From Phoronis australis (lineage: Eukaryota > Animalia > Phoronida): a DNA stretch of 64,000 nucleotides. Below the pieces are notes generated by a model. It was not told where the DNA came from. It searched no databases and saw only the letters and a list, made by a program, of their open reading frames with translations. A program made the translations under genes and the position numbers. The stretch covers positions 100,633 to 164,632 of the forward strand of contig NMRA01000466.1 of the NCBI GenBank assembly GCA_002633005.1. Reading direction: 5' to 3'. Positions 58,301-64,000 of the stretch are shown in pieces. How positions within the stretch are numbered: the stretch's first letter is position 1; every line of letters begins with the position of its first letter.

Positions 58301-58762
58301 GTGGGATTAAGGTTCTTCTGGAACTAAATGCATGCATTCCCATACAGCCACCAGGTGAATTTGGAACCGGCCAATAGCGTGAATGAAATAGGAGCGTGCA
58401 GAGGAGTTGTTCATGAATTACAATGGATTGAAATTTAACTCCGGTGTCCATTAAAAAGTCCACTCTTGAAATTTTCAAATTTTCACTTAAAACACCCAAT
58501 TGCATGGGCGGCGCAGCACTGAAATAAGTGGGGGCTATGGCCCCCAGCCCCTCCCCCCTATGGTGCACTGCCCATGAATTGAAACGGGGGGGTCAGGTTT
58601 GGTCATGTTGAAACAGAATCTGATTGCGAGTTTGTTTTTTTTTCAGTGGACGGCAGCACCATTCAACGTGATTATCCACACATCGAGCAATGTGGCTGTC
58701 AAGAGTGTGATTACTATCCGTCGCTGGCCTCAACCACTGCCCAGGCCTTTCCTTTGAGTTAA
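2207..58762 (+). CDS. Multi-exon, 5'-incomplete gel-forming mucin-like gene (PTS repeats, FA58C/discoidin-like, Cys-rich, TIL, C-terminal cystine knot); ~5,200 aa in window
   Basis: 28 AG/GT-flanked exons join in one frame with compatible phases (sum 15,596 nt) and end at TAA 58760-58762 after an 11-Cys CTCK domain; very long Thr/Ser/Pro tracts; no start codon or signal peptide exon in window. Confidence 0.9.
2763..2830 (+). mobile_element. tRNA-derived SINE head / tRNA-like relic
   Basis: A-box TGGCCTAGTGG (2769-2779) and B-box GGTTCGAGTCC (2813-2823); no clean cloverleaf; paralogous copy at ~10516-10590. Confidence 0.55.
3180..3239 (+). CDS. Mucin exon 2: 60-nt linker NATTLSSTATPSTTVAHQN
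   Basis: ttctacag|CT, C|gtaagt; phase 1-1; identical copy at 10959-11018. Confidence 0.85.
3645..3928 (+). CDS. Mucin exon 3: N-half of divergent FA58C/discoidin-like domain 1
   Basis: ttttag|CT, AGG|gtaagg; VCTDEIL...LFIEFEKEVKLGGFNIH...EEGQTR; phase 1-0. Confidence 0.85.
4679..4820 (+). CDS. Mucin exon 4: C-half of FA58C-like domain 1
   Basis: atttag|GTA, G|gtgagt; VFTAKEFSDCGESCEY...IIRF...LHIGILGCY; terminal hydrophobic-LGC motif typical of discoidin domains. Confidence 0.85.
5385..7065 (+). mobile_element. Non-autonomous Kolobok-like DNA transposon with THAP-domain relic
   Basis: TTAA at 5381-5384, TIR AGGAGAATGCCACCC; right TIR GGGTGGCATGGTCCT (2 mismatches) followed by TTGA; second copy inverted at 25910-26872; absent from paralogous intron. 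Confidence 0.8.
5549..5845 (+). pseudogene. Degenerate THAP zinc-finger ORF of the transposon
   Basis: MPLYC...GISFFRLP...RKW...RVCGWHF matches THAP C2CH/P/W/F pattern; second Cys is TAT here but TGT in the other copy. Confidence 0.75.
7193..7315 (+). CDS. Mucin exon 5: short PTS
   Basis: ttttatag|AG, T|gtgagt; EQPSTVTT...PSTSTS; phase 1-1; paralog 15756-15884. Confidence 0.85.
8876..10363 (+). CDS. Mucin exon 6: PTS with 14 x 24-aa repeat
   Basis: ttgcag|CT, A|gtaagt; APTTTPSPTTTPSTNATTGSTTTR repeats. Confidence 0.9.
   Translation, partial: LRPRLQQLQQHQPQHLHQQQHVVPQLHYQLQRLQALLPVNQQHRLVLRLRPTLLWQLDQLPLLQQPHTDLRLHHPLKLQLDQPPHMHQLPHLVLRLHHPLMLQLDQPPPVHQLPHLVLRLHHPLMLQLDQPPLVHQQPHLVLRLRHPPMQPLDQPPPVHQQPHLVLRLHRPPMQQLDQLPVHQQPHLVLRLHHPLMLQLDQPPHVHQQPHLVLRLHHPLMLQLDQPPHVHQQPHLVLRLHHPLMLQLDQPPHVHQQPHLVLRLHHPLMLQLDQPPHVHQQPHLVLRLHHPLMLQLDQPPHVHQQPHLVLRLHHPLMLQLDQPPPVHQQPHLVLRLHHPLMLQLDQPPHVHQQPHLVLRLHHPLMLQLDQPPHVHQQPHLVLRLHHPLMLQLDQPPHVHQLPHLVLRLHHPLMLQLNQPPPVHQQQHLYLRLYQQCLHQQQANHPRHLYHLQVSQQCLLQQQASHQRHLYHLHLLHRCQQVQQLSPLQRSILPRQC
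9133..10137 (+). repeat. Coding 72-bp tandem array, 14 units (one with a 3-nt deletion)
   Basis: Span 1005 = 14x72-3. Confidence 0.92.
10516..10590 (+). mobile_element. Degenerate tRNA-derived SINE head, paralog of 2763-2830
   Basis: TGGCTTATTAGG and GTTTCGAGTCC boxes at the equivalent position of the duplicated intron. Confidence 0.45.
10959..11018 (+). CDS. Mucin exon 7: 60-nt linker, duplicate of exon 2
   Basis: ttcttcag|CT, C|gtaagt; identical to 3180-3239. Confidence 0.85.
11416..11699 (+). CDS. Mucin exon 8: N-half of FA58C-like domain 2
   Basis: tttcag|CT, AGG|gtaagg; same length (284 nt) as exon 3. Confidence 0.85.
12216..14516 (-). mobile_element. 5'-truncated L1/Tx1-like LINE fragment (ORF2 C-terminal CCHC region), interrupted by a nested DNA element
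   Basis: Minus strand DKCLYCNLVQNTEHMIFHC zinc-knuckle and YLPFTVPLNPRIKS; flanked by AA(C/T)TGGTCTTA direct repeats (12205-12215, 14517-14527); absent from paralogous intron. Confidence 0.7.
12783..14193. mobile_element. Non-autonomous TTAA-specific (Kolobok-like) DNA transposon nested in the LINE
   Basis: Perfect 17-bp TIR AGTTATCTCCAACCTTA; TTAA on both sides (12779-12782, 14194-14197); AG..CT termini. Confidence 0.8.
14751..14892 (+). CDS. Mucin exon 9: C-half of FA58C-like domain 2
   Basis: atttag|GTA, G|gtgagt; VFTAEEFSNCGESCEY...LHISILGCY. Confidence 0.85.
15756..15884 (+). CDS. Mucin exon 10: short PTS, duplicate of exon 5
   Basis: tttacag|AG, T|gtgagt; phase 1-1. Confidence 0.85.
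15990..16141. mobile_element. Small MITE (~150 bp)
   Basis: 21-bp imperfect TIR GGGTAGAGTTTAGTAATGCTA / TAGCATTACTGAACTTTACCC; interior resembles 61361-61436. Confidence 0.55.
17465..19255 (+). CDS. Mucin exon 11: PTS with ~20 x 24-aa repeat
   Basis: ttgcag|CT, G|gtgaga; ends ...TTTAEYSPPE; phase 1-1. Confidence 0.9.
17650..19089 (+). repeat. Coding 72-bp tandem array, 18 NAT-type units plus 2 SAT-type units
   Basis: 17650-18945 = 18x72. Confidence 0.92.
20808..23070. mobile_element. Helentron-associated (HINE/DINE-like) element with (CCGT/CCAT)n microsatellite and degenerate tandem units
   Basis: T-rich start, CCGTCCGTCC microsatellite at ~20845-20912, then degenerate copies of the CTAGTGG-containing unit seen at 1-1400; boundaries approximate; related sequence also at ~19320-20760. 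Confidence 0.55.
23150..23439 (+). CDS. Mucin exon 12: N-half of FA58C-like domain 3
   Basis: ttaaag|AG, AAG|gtaaga; EPVCTESKLLH...ESIQIG...GYRP...MGGFLIK...PYDEDGEEK aligns with exons 3/8. Confidence 0.85.
24663..24806. repeat. 24-bp minisatellite x6 (AAATGTTGAGCTCAGTCTCATCAT)
   Basis: Six near-identical tandem units in an intron. Confidence 0.9.
25182..25332 (+). CDS. Mucin exon 13: C-half of FA58C-like domain 3
   Basis: ttgcag|GTC, G|gtgagt; VFPGELFQDCGESGCQY...IRF...NLEVLGCY. Confidence 0.85.
25910..26872 (-). mobile_element. Second, internally deleted copy of the Kolobok-like THAP element (inverted)
   Basis: Perfect 15-bp TIRs AGGAGAATGCCACCC / GGGTGGCATTCTCCT; TTAA on both sides; reverse-complement homology to 5385-7065. 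Confidence 0.85.
27229..27363 (+). CDS. Mucin exon 14: short PTS
   Basis: ctacag|AA, T|gtaagt; EAEQTTTVSSPVPSTT...TTLSI; phase 1-1. Confidence 0.85.
28076..35005 (+). CDS. Mucin exon 15: 8-Cys module 1 followed by ~2,240 aa PTS (6,930-nt exon)
   Basis: attaag|GT, A|gtgagt; open throughout; complex higher-order repeats. Confidence 0.9.
37829..37963 (+). CDS. Mucin exon 16: short PTS
   Basis: taatag|CC (in-frame alternative cag| at 37838), T|gtaagt; TSATVTSQSPTTTVAP...SSTTST. Confidence 0.75.
38140..38191. repeat. (GA)n/(GGGA)n microsatellite
   Basis: Purine run seen directly. Confidence 0.85.
39247..40002 (+). CDS. Mucin exon 17: Gln-containing PTS (TTxQPTTT-type repeats)
   Basis: tgccag|CG, T|gtaagt; phase 1-1. 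Confidence 0.88.
40580..40810 (+). CDS. Mucin exon 18: 8-Cys module 2 plus short PTS
   Basis: gaaaag|GT, C|gtgagt; CASDCKLELSCEQ...WP...CACVSCPSGYE...ICVTNTTDC. Confidence 0.85.
41136..41628. mobile_element. Non-autonomous hAT-like element
   Basis: TIR CAGGCCTTTATCCAG / CTGCATGAAGGCCTG; exact 8-bp TSD TTGCTCAT. Confidence 0.85.
42275..42487 (+). CDS. Mucin exon 19: short PTS
   Basis: ccaaaag|CC, T|gtaagt; phase 1-1. Confidence 0.85.
42727..43258 (+). mobile_element. 5'-truncated non-LTR retrotransposon carrying an RNase H C-terminal motif
   Basis: ORF 42780-43220 with FVPGHAGVLINERADYLA (RNase HI motif); (ACAGGTATT)3 tail; 9-bp TSD ACTGAACCA. Confidence 0.8.
44900..45142 (+). CDS. Mucin exon 20: 8-Cys module 3 plus short PTS
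   Basis: ttactag|GT, T|gtaaga; CGTSCNLKLTCEE...WP...CNCKACPSGYE...ICVKKSTDC. Confidence 0.85.
46055..47545. mobile_element. Non-autonomous Tc1/mariner-superfamily (pogo/Tc2-like) element
   Basis: TA|CCGTATTCGCCGTAATTACCGCC ... GGCGGTTATTACAGCGAATACGG|TA; no transposase ORF. Confidence 0.8.
47962..48197 (+). CDS. Mucin exon 21: divergent 8-Cys/TIL-like module 4 and start of VWC/E-like domain
   Basis: tcacag|GT, TCT|gtaagt; CVIPEKCYVNVSCDQ...CGSCAAG...KCVRLQENCTRCYC; phase 1-0. Confidence 0.85.
50992..51295 (+). CDS. Mucin exon 22: VWC/E-like Cys cluster plus PTS
   Basis: ttgcag|GAT, G|gtaatc; DSCKTCEC motif; phase 0-1. Confidence 0.85.
51948..52225 (+). CDS. Mucin exon 23: N-half of FA58C (F5/8 type C) domain 4
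   Basis: gtgtag|AG, TTT|gtgagt; ASS...GWLA...D.YPYLEV.F...VYGILLKG matches discoidin consensus. Confidence 0.88.
52316..52812 (+). mobile_element. hAT-like MITE with 6-bp TSD, copy 1
   Basis: CAAGGCTTGGAAT...ATTCCTAGCCCTG; ATATAG on both sides; homologous to 57057-57500. Confidence 0.8.
53223..53413. repeat. Foldback element with ~70-bp imperfect inverted arms
   Basis: ACATTATTCATCCAGTCACCATTT... pairs with ...AAATGGCGACTGCGTGAATAATGT. Confidence 0.7.
53432..53576 (+). CDS. Mucin exon 24: C-half of FA58C domain 4
   Basis: ttgtag|GAA, A|gtaaga; AKYLRFSP...VDVLGC motif. Confidence 0.88.
54500..54702 (+). CDS. Mucin exon 25: TIL-like domain and start of E/VWC-like segment
   Basis: atttag|AA, CAG|gtgggt; ACVKTCED...CQCPFGQVVHNGKCIDPKECPCYHNGKWY is a vWF/mucin-type TIL pattern. 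Confidence 0.9.
54870..56430. mobile_element. Degenerate member of the same HINE-like repeat family with an unrelated internal segment
   Basis: CCTAGTGG / ATAGTGGCAATTT / GAAATTTGGC motifs shared with 1-1400; boundaries approximate. Confidence 0.4.
56556..56655 (+). CDS. Mucin exon 26: end of E/VWC-like segment
   Basis: ttccag|ACG, G|gtatgg; TNEVFDEPENCREGICLG...FTACE; phase 0-1 bridges exons 25 and 27. Confidence 0.8.
57057..57500 (+). mobile_element. hAT-like MITE with 6-bp TSD, copy 2
   Basis: Perfect TIR CAGGGCTTGGAAT / ATTCCAAGCCCTG; ATTACC on both sides. Confidence 0.8.
57811..58020 (+). CDS. Mucin exon 27: C-terminal cystine knot, first part
   Basis: ttacag|AG, T|gtaagt; TCKP...NNCTS...VCAGSCSS...DCTCCKP...VQLTC. 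Confidence 0.9.
58503..58576. mobile_element. Tiny MITE (~73 bp); inverted copy at 60994-61065
   Basis: CATGGGCGGCGCA ... TGCACTGCCCATG; reverse-complement copy downstream. Confidence 0.6.
58647..58762 (+). CDS. Mucin terminal exon 28: end of cystine knot and stop
   Basis: tttcag|TG; DGSTIQRDYPHIEQCGCQECDYY...FPLS*. Confidence 0.9.
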
Positions 58763-59002
58763 CCAACTCATGAACACGCCACCTGTTGACTGACCACAGA
58801 ATGAACAAGGACTTTGAGTGGGAAATCTTAGAGGAATAGTGCTTATTTTGGTTTTCTTTGCTGTTTTAATGCATGGTTTTCTCTAATTTGTTTAGATGAC
58901 ATACACAATTCCTTCTCCTTATAGATGAGTAAATTGTTATACAAAAAAATCTTTTTAATGACTTGACAGAACGTATGTTATGAAGTTTATGCTACTGAAT
59001 TA

Positions 59003-59008
59003 AATAAA
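59003..59008 (+). terminator. Probable polyadenylation signal
   Basis: AATAAA ~240 nt after the stop, followed by a GT/T-rich tract at ~59035-59060. Confidence 0.6.
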
Positions 59009-60993
59009 TACATTAACTGAAAGCAAAGCGAATATGTGTGGTTTCTCTTTTTGATTTTTTCTAAACTTGGTATTTTATGATTTTCAACTGAATGCATAGA
59101 AAATTACTAGGTATCACATGCCTGAACTATATAACACAATACAAGAACTTTGTCAAATAAATGTGTATGCAAAATTCATGGGAAAAGGTGTATTTTGATT
59201 AAAGTCTTAAAAACATCACTGAAATTTGAAGAAAGTTGTTCCACAAAATAGATCAATCATTTTTTGGCAAACATAACGGAAGAGACATAATTAAGCTTTA
59301 GCTTCTTGCCCCGACCAATTTTCAAATACATGTACCTGTACCTAGAGTAAAAAACACCTGTTTCTTGAAAATCGGGTCACCATAGTAACTGCTCCTCTTG
59401 GCAATCCCAATTCTTGTAAATTCGCACAAGTTCAGATGAGACATTGTTACCTTGTGATTAGCTTGCACATCGACGACGAACGTATTTTGGCTTATTTGCA
59501 AAATTTCGATCACGAATTCATAGTCATATTTGCCACGAGTGTGCACAAGATTGGGCAAACAAGGATGTTAGAAGTTAGTTGCATTTCTCGTCTGGGTCGT
59601 AAGTTTCAGAAACGCAACAAGTTACATAAGATGGGGTAGGGTGGAAACGGTCAACGGCGGCTGTCGGATGTTTATCATTTACCGAGGCAGCTGAATCAAA
59701 AAAAAAAAAAAAATACGCATGCCAAAACCCTTATTGAAATCGAAAAGTTGTAGACCGTTCCCGCCCTAAGCCTGTCGCTAATGGCAAAACGCTCACGGAT
59801 CACGTGCGCATCAGTAACACGTTCATCGACTGCAATTTATGACGATAATACGTGAAGACTGCTGTGTTCCATGTACTTTGTGACCTTGCAGAGGCTAATT
59901 TATAGCGTACAGTTCTAAAAAACCATTTTTTGTTCTCTGAAACTCCAGAATCACATGTTTCCTTGGTATAGAAGCCGAAACAAATGCAATGGTAGCGAAC
60001 GGATGGTTTCTAACAGGATCAGAATGCTGTAAGGTCGATAAATGGTCATTTACTAAGCCAATACAATCACCAGTAGCTTATTTACTCATATCGGATAAAA
60101 ACGCAAAATGATGTAGAGATACCGCAATTTGCGACCAAATGTACGAGTAAATGACATGTGTGCATGTCGGACACTGTGTAGACTATAACTGACCAATAAT
60201 ACGTATTTGTGAGCGACATATGTCCCAAATAATATGTAAATGATACGTGCGTCACAAACTAGTTACCAGAGATGAAAAGGAGACAGAGATAGGCGATATA
60301 AGGTCATTTATTTATTATGACTAATACAATTACTAGTAATAGTAAATAAAGATAAGTAAAACTGATAATCTCTGGTAAGATCGTTTTTATTGGAGATCGT
60401 ACATAATATATTGCAGACACGGAGTTTCGTCTCAAAATAGTTCTAGCTTGTTTCTTGAATATCGGTCGTTGGGTTTTTGTCTTTTGACCTTAGCCAAACG
60501 TCAGAAATCTAACGAATAACTAATTTTTTTGTCTGCACTTCTCGAAACGTTTTGTCTTCTGCACAATCGAACAAACTACAGCTTTCTGTCTTCTGACTAG
60601 TCGAGATGTGAAATTTTCTAGTTCTGACTTACAGCAGAGACCTTAACGTCTTTGCTTACAGCATTTTTACCGAAATCAAAAAAATTGAAGCCAATAGGCC
60701 TTTCTTCGAGAAATCGAGAAAAAAGCCCTAGGGGACATGGCCACCCTATGGGACCACGCTTTTAGAGTTTCAGCAGCCCCTTGTGGCGTAGACTACACTG
60801 AGTCGGCTTATTAATGTCTGCTTCACTGAAAGTTTACCGTTAATCTTTTCATGCCATTAGAATAGCGTACACAGCTAGGCCTTCAGTGCTACACCAAAAC
60901 TAGACTGGGTGCGGTGCAGTAACAAAAACTGAGACATGCTCGAGTTTACTGATCGTGAGTCTTTGCTAGAAAGTACTGCGCCTGCAATTATTT

Positions 60994-61065
60994 CATGGGC
61001 GGTGCACGACTAGGGGGCTGAGGGGGCTTTAGCCCCCCACTTTTTTCAGTGCTGCGCCGCCCATG
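60994..61065. mobile_element. Tiny MITE, inverted copy of 58503-58576
   Basis: CATGGGCGGTGCA ... TGCGCCGCCCATG. Confidence 0.6.
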
Positions 61066-64000
61066 AAGATTTCCACTGAGCAGATTAGATTTATTGCTTT
61101 GGTAACACAAAAGGCATGAAAACGCCATTGGCGGGTGACGCAACTAAGAAAGTCTTGCTTCATTATGGCGGCTTCGGGAGAAGTTTTTATAACGACAGGA
61201 TTTTTCGGAACACGGAACACCTGACTCATAGGGACAAAAGCCGCAACGCTAAGCCCACCAAGCCACCGTTTATTACGGATGTTTTCGTTTACTTTCAGAA
61301 ATGATACTTTCATGAATGACATGACTGAATCCTGGATCTCGCAAACAAGCAAGATTTGGCGAGATTATGTGAGATACTGTCGTGTATTTTAAATGAGAAC
61401 ACGTGATTTTTGTTAGACTTTAGCGAAGTCCTAGCGCTCGCTGGTTCCCTGCGTAGGGCTAGGTGGGGCGGTAGCCGCGCCAGCACGCAGGTATCACTTA
61501 ATTTTGCTCGGGAAATTTTTTTTACACCGGCGTTTCTGATTGGCTAGTTGAATTCTCAACAGTCAGCGCTTTACCCAAACAAACTGGCATGGACTGAAGT
61601 GTAAATGTGGTCTGTTGTACAGACAAATAAAAAAAAAAAACAGTGCAGGTGGTCTGATGTCATTAGCAGTGCATCAGACGTGCGCAGGCCTCATTGTTGG
61701 GCCCATTGCACAAAACACCTGAGCAAAGGCACGAGACCCCAATTATGGCTCCTCGTGAAGAAAGTTTTCAAGTCTGCCAGTCTCCTTTAGGAAAACAGAC
61801 AGACGTTTCCATTTGTTGCCATGACAAATACAGCACACATCACGAATTTTTGTCCAACCGGTCGGAAATTGGTCGACGACCAGCCGTCGACCGGTCGTCT
61901 AGCCGACCAGCAGCCGACCAACAACGGTCGGCTAGGAGCCGTCTGCTGAGTCAACTCTGTGGTCGTCAAGCGTAGACGACCAATTCGAATTAAGCGTGTC
62001 CTTGGTTGGCAATTACCATTTTATGACTTAGCGGGTGAACTTTGGCCAAACAAACATTTAACTGTTCGCTGTTCGTTCCGGCACCAGTGGCAACTCCGGT
62101 CTTGACATCGGTTTATCAACTTTTGTTCAACTATTGAAAGGTGGTAAAATCGAATCAACCTACAAATACAAAGTACGTGACATTACACCAACGTGAACTT
62201 TATGTTGAATTACAGACGGCGTGGTAAAATCAAACGTTAAGTAATATCGCGGAAGCATAATTTCTGTCTCTTAGTAGGAGACTTTTTATACAGTACATTA
62301 TGCATAAAAACAAGCAAGAAATTTGAAATTTTACAGCAAAATTGCACAAAAATCAGAATACAACGCTGGGTGTTTTACGACCTCAAGTGGTTTCATGCCG
62401 CGGAATGCTCAACAAGCAACACGCATTCGCGCTCATCTGTTATTGCTCTTGATCATCACTTCATCACGCTGTATAATTCGCTTTGCCACAGATAATTATT
62501 GTTTATTTTTGTATAATTTTTTAATATGTTGGTACAGCAGTAGAACAAAAGTTTATTTTAAAAACAACATAAACAAAGGTTTTAACATAGCGCAGTGATT
62601 AAGATCATGGGCGCATGAAAACAGAAGCATGTGATCGGCTATAATGTCATCCATGATCCATCATCATTCTGAATTTGTTGTCACTTTCGGAGTAAAAAAT
62701 TGTTTCGAAACTAGAGCCTTCCTATTTAGCCAGCTAGCTGTATGAAGACTATTGTCAAAATACAGCAAGGTGTTACTGTGTCTTGAGCTGCGACAGACCT
62801 CGAAATTGCAAAAAGCCCGAATAAATACGCTCGTCACCTCGTCGTGAACCTTGTATCAACACGAGCTGAAGACCGGCGGGTGCGCAAAATCTGGAACTCA
62901 TTTGACATTCACCTTGCCCGTTACGGCCGTTTAAGCGAAAAAATATCCGACGTCATTTCCTTGCGTAACTCTCTGCATTGGTAACAAAGAAATGTACGTC
63001 GTCGTTTTGAAAGTAGTACATTTGTGACACGCGCCACCTCCAGAAATTTTTCGACATCTCCCATTAGATGATGACAACATCGTAGCAAAATCTGTTCTAA
63101 AATTCGGTTTACTGATATCAAATTCCAAAAACATATAATGAAGTGAAACCAATTCTGACCATTTGTTGTGACGTTTAAGCAACCTCGAGGGAGAACGTTT
63201 GATTGAGAATCTGGGAAAAAGAAACTGGCTAATAGGTGACGCAATATTTCATTGCGCCGAAAGTTGACGCAAAAGATCACACCACAATTTTAGCAACAGA
63301 ATAATAGTAGAAAAGCAATTTTTTTTTAACGCCGGTAAATAATTTAGATTACTGAAGAAAGATTTTATTGGGTCAGTTTTTACCCACAACGGCGCAGTTA
63401 AAAGTTGTATATTTAATTTAGTAAACAGCTTCGCACCAAGGCGGAGCCCTTTGGAGTAAGAACACAGTACTTAGCGTTTCGCGTCTACTCTAAGGGGTAA
63501 AAGTTATACTTATTTACGTGTCATTACAAACTTCTCCTGTTGAGAGTTTCTTTCTCACAAAAGCGGTCTTCGAATGTAGAATCTGGACTGTGGTATGTAG
63601 TGTTTGTCCTATCATTTTAGTTCACATTCTTTCCGATAATTATCTGAACGAATGTTTGTTTTCAAAGTAGGGGGAGAATTGTGATCAGATATAAATGTGA
63701 ATGGCTTATTGTTCGTGTACATACTATTCACAGTTATAACATATAATTCAACCGATATTACAATACGTATGCCTAAGAACGTGCTTCGAGTCAGTGACCC
63801 TGTAATCAGTATGCCGTAAACTTTGTTTACTTAAACTTTGAAGACGTGCTTTGTACTTGGTCTCGGTTTATTAATGAAGGTCCTGACAAAACGCCTCTTT
63901 CTTTACGCAGACGTTTTCTGCCCACGCGTACATTTGATGTAGCCCCGGCCCAACTCTGACTAAGTAAAGTTAGTGGCAGCCAGCTCACACTAAACCCCGG

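Noticed and set aside
59100-64000. Short ORFs and a CCGACC/GGTCG-rich quasi-palindrome (61855-61935) downstream of the gene
   Set aside because: No recognisable protein motifs or exon chain; probably intergenic transposon debris whose ends I could not define

Overview
Eukaryotic (invertebrate-like, AT-rich) genomic DNA. Most of the window (2207-58762, + strand) is the 3' part of one very large gel-forming-mucin-like gene. I reconstructed 28 GT-AG exons with consistent phases, about 15.6 kb of coding sequence (~5,200 aa); the 5' end lies upstream of the window. Domain order: PTS - FA58C/discoidin-like - PTS (72-bp array) - FA58C-like - PTS (72-bp array) - FA58C-like - [8-Cys module - PTS]x3 - divergent 8-Cys module + VWC/E-like - PTS - FA58C - TIL/E - C-terminal cystine knot, stop, AATAAA. 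The most unusual points are an apparently unnamed 8-Cys module repeated between PTS blocks, discoidin-like domains inside the PTS region, an N-glycosylation sequon in nearly every PTS repeat, periodic aromatic islands in a 6.9-kb exon, and an internal ~8 kb duplication whose junction lies inside a chimeric exon. Introns carry Kolobok-like TTAA elements (one family with a THAP relic), hAT-like and Tc1/mariner-like non-autonomous elements, LINE fragments, SINE heads and Helentron-associated repeats rich in CTCF-like motifs. All calls come from reading the sequence by eye; no database search was run.
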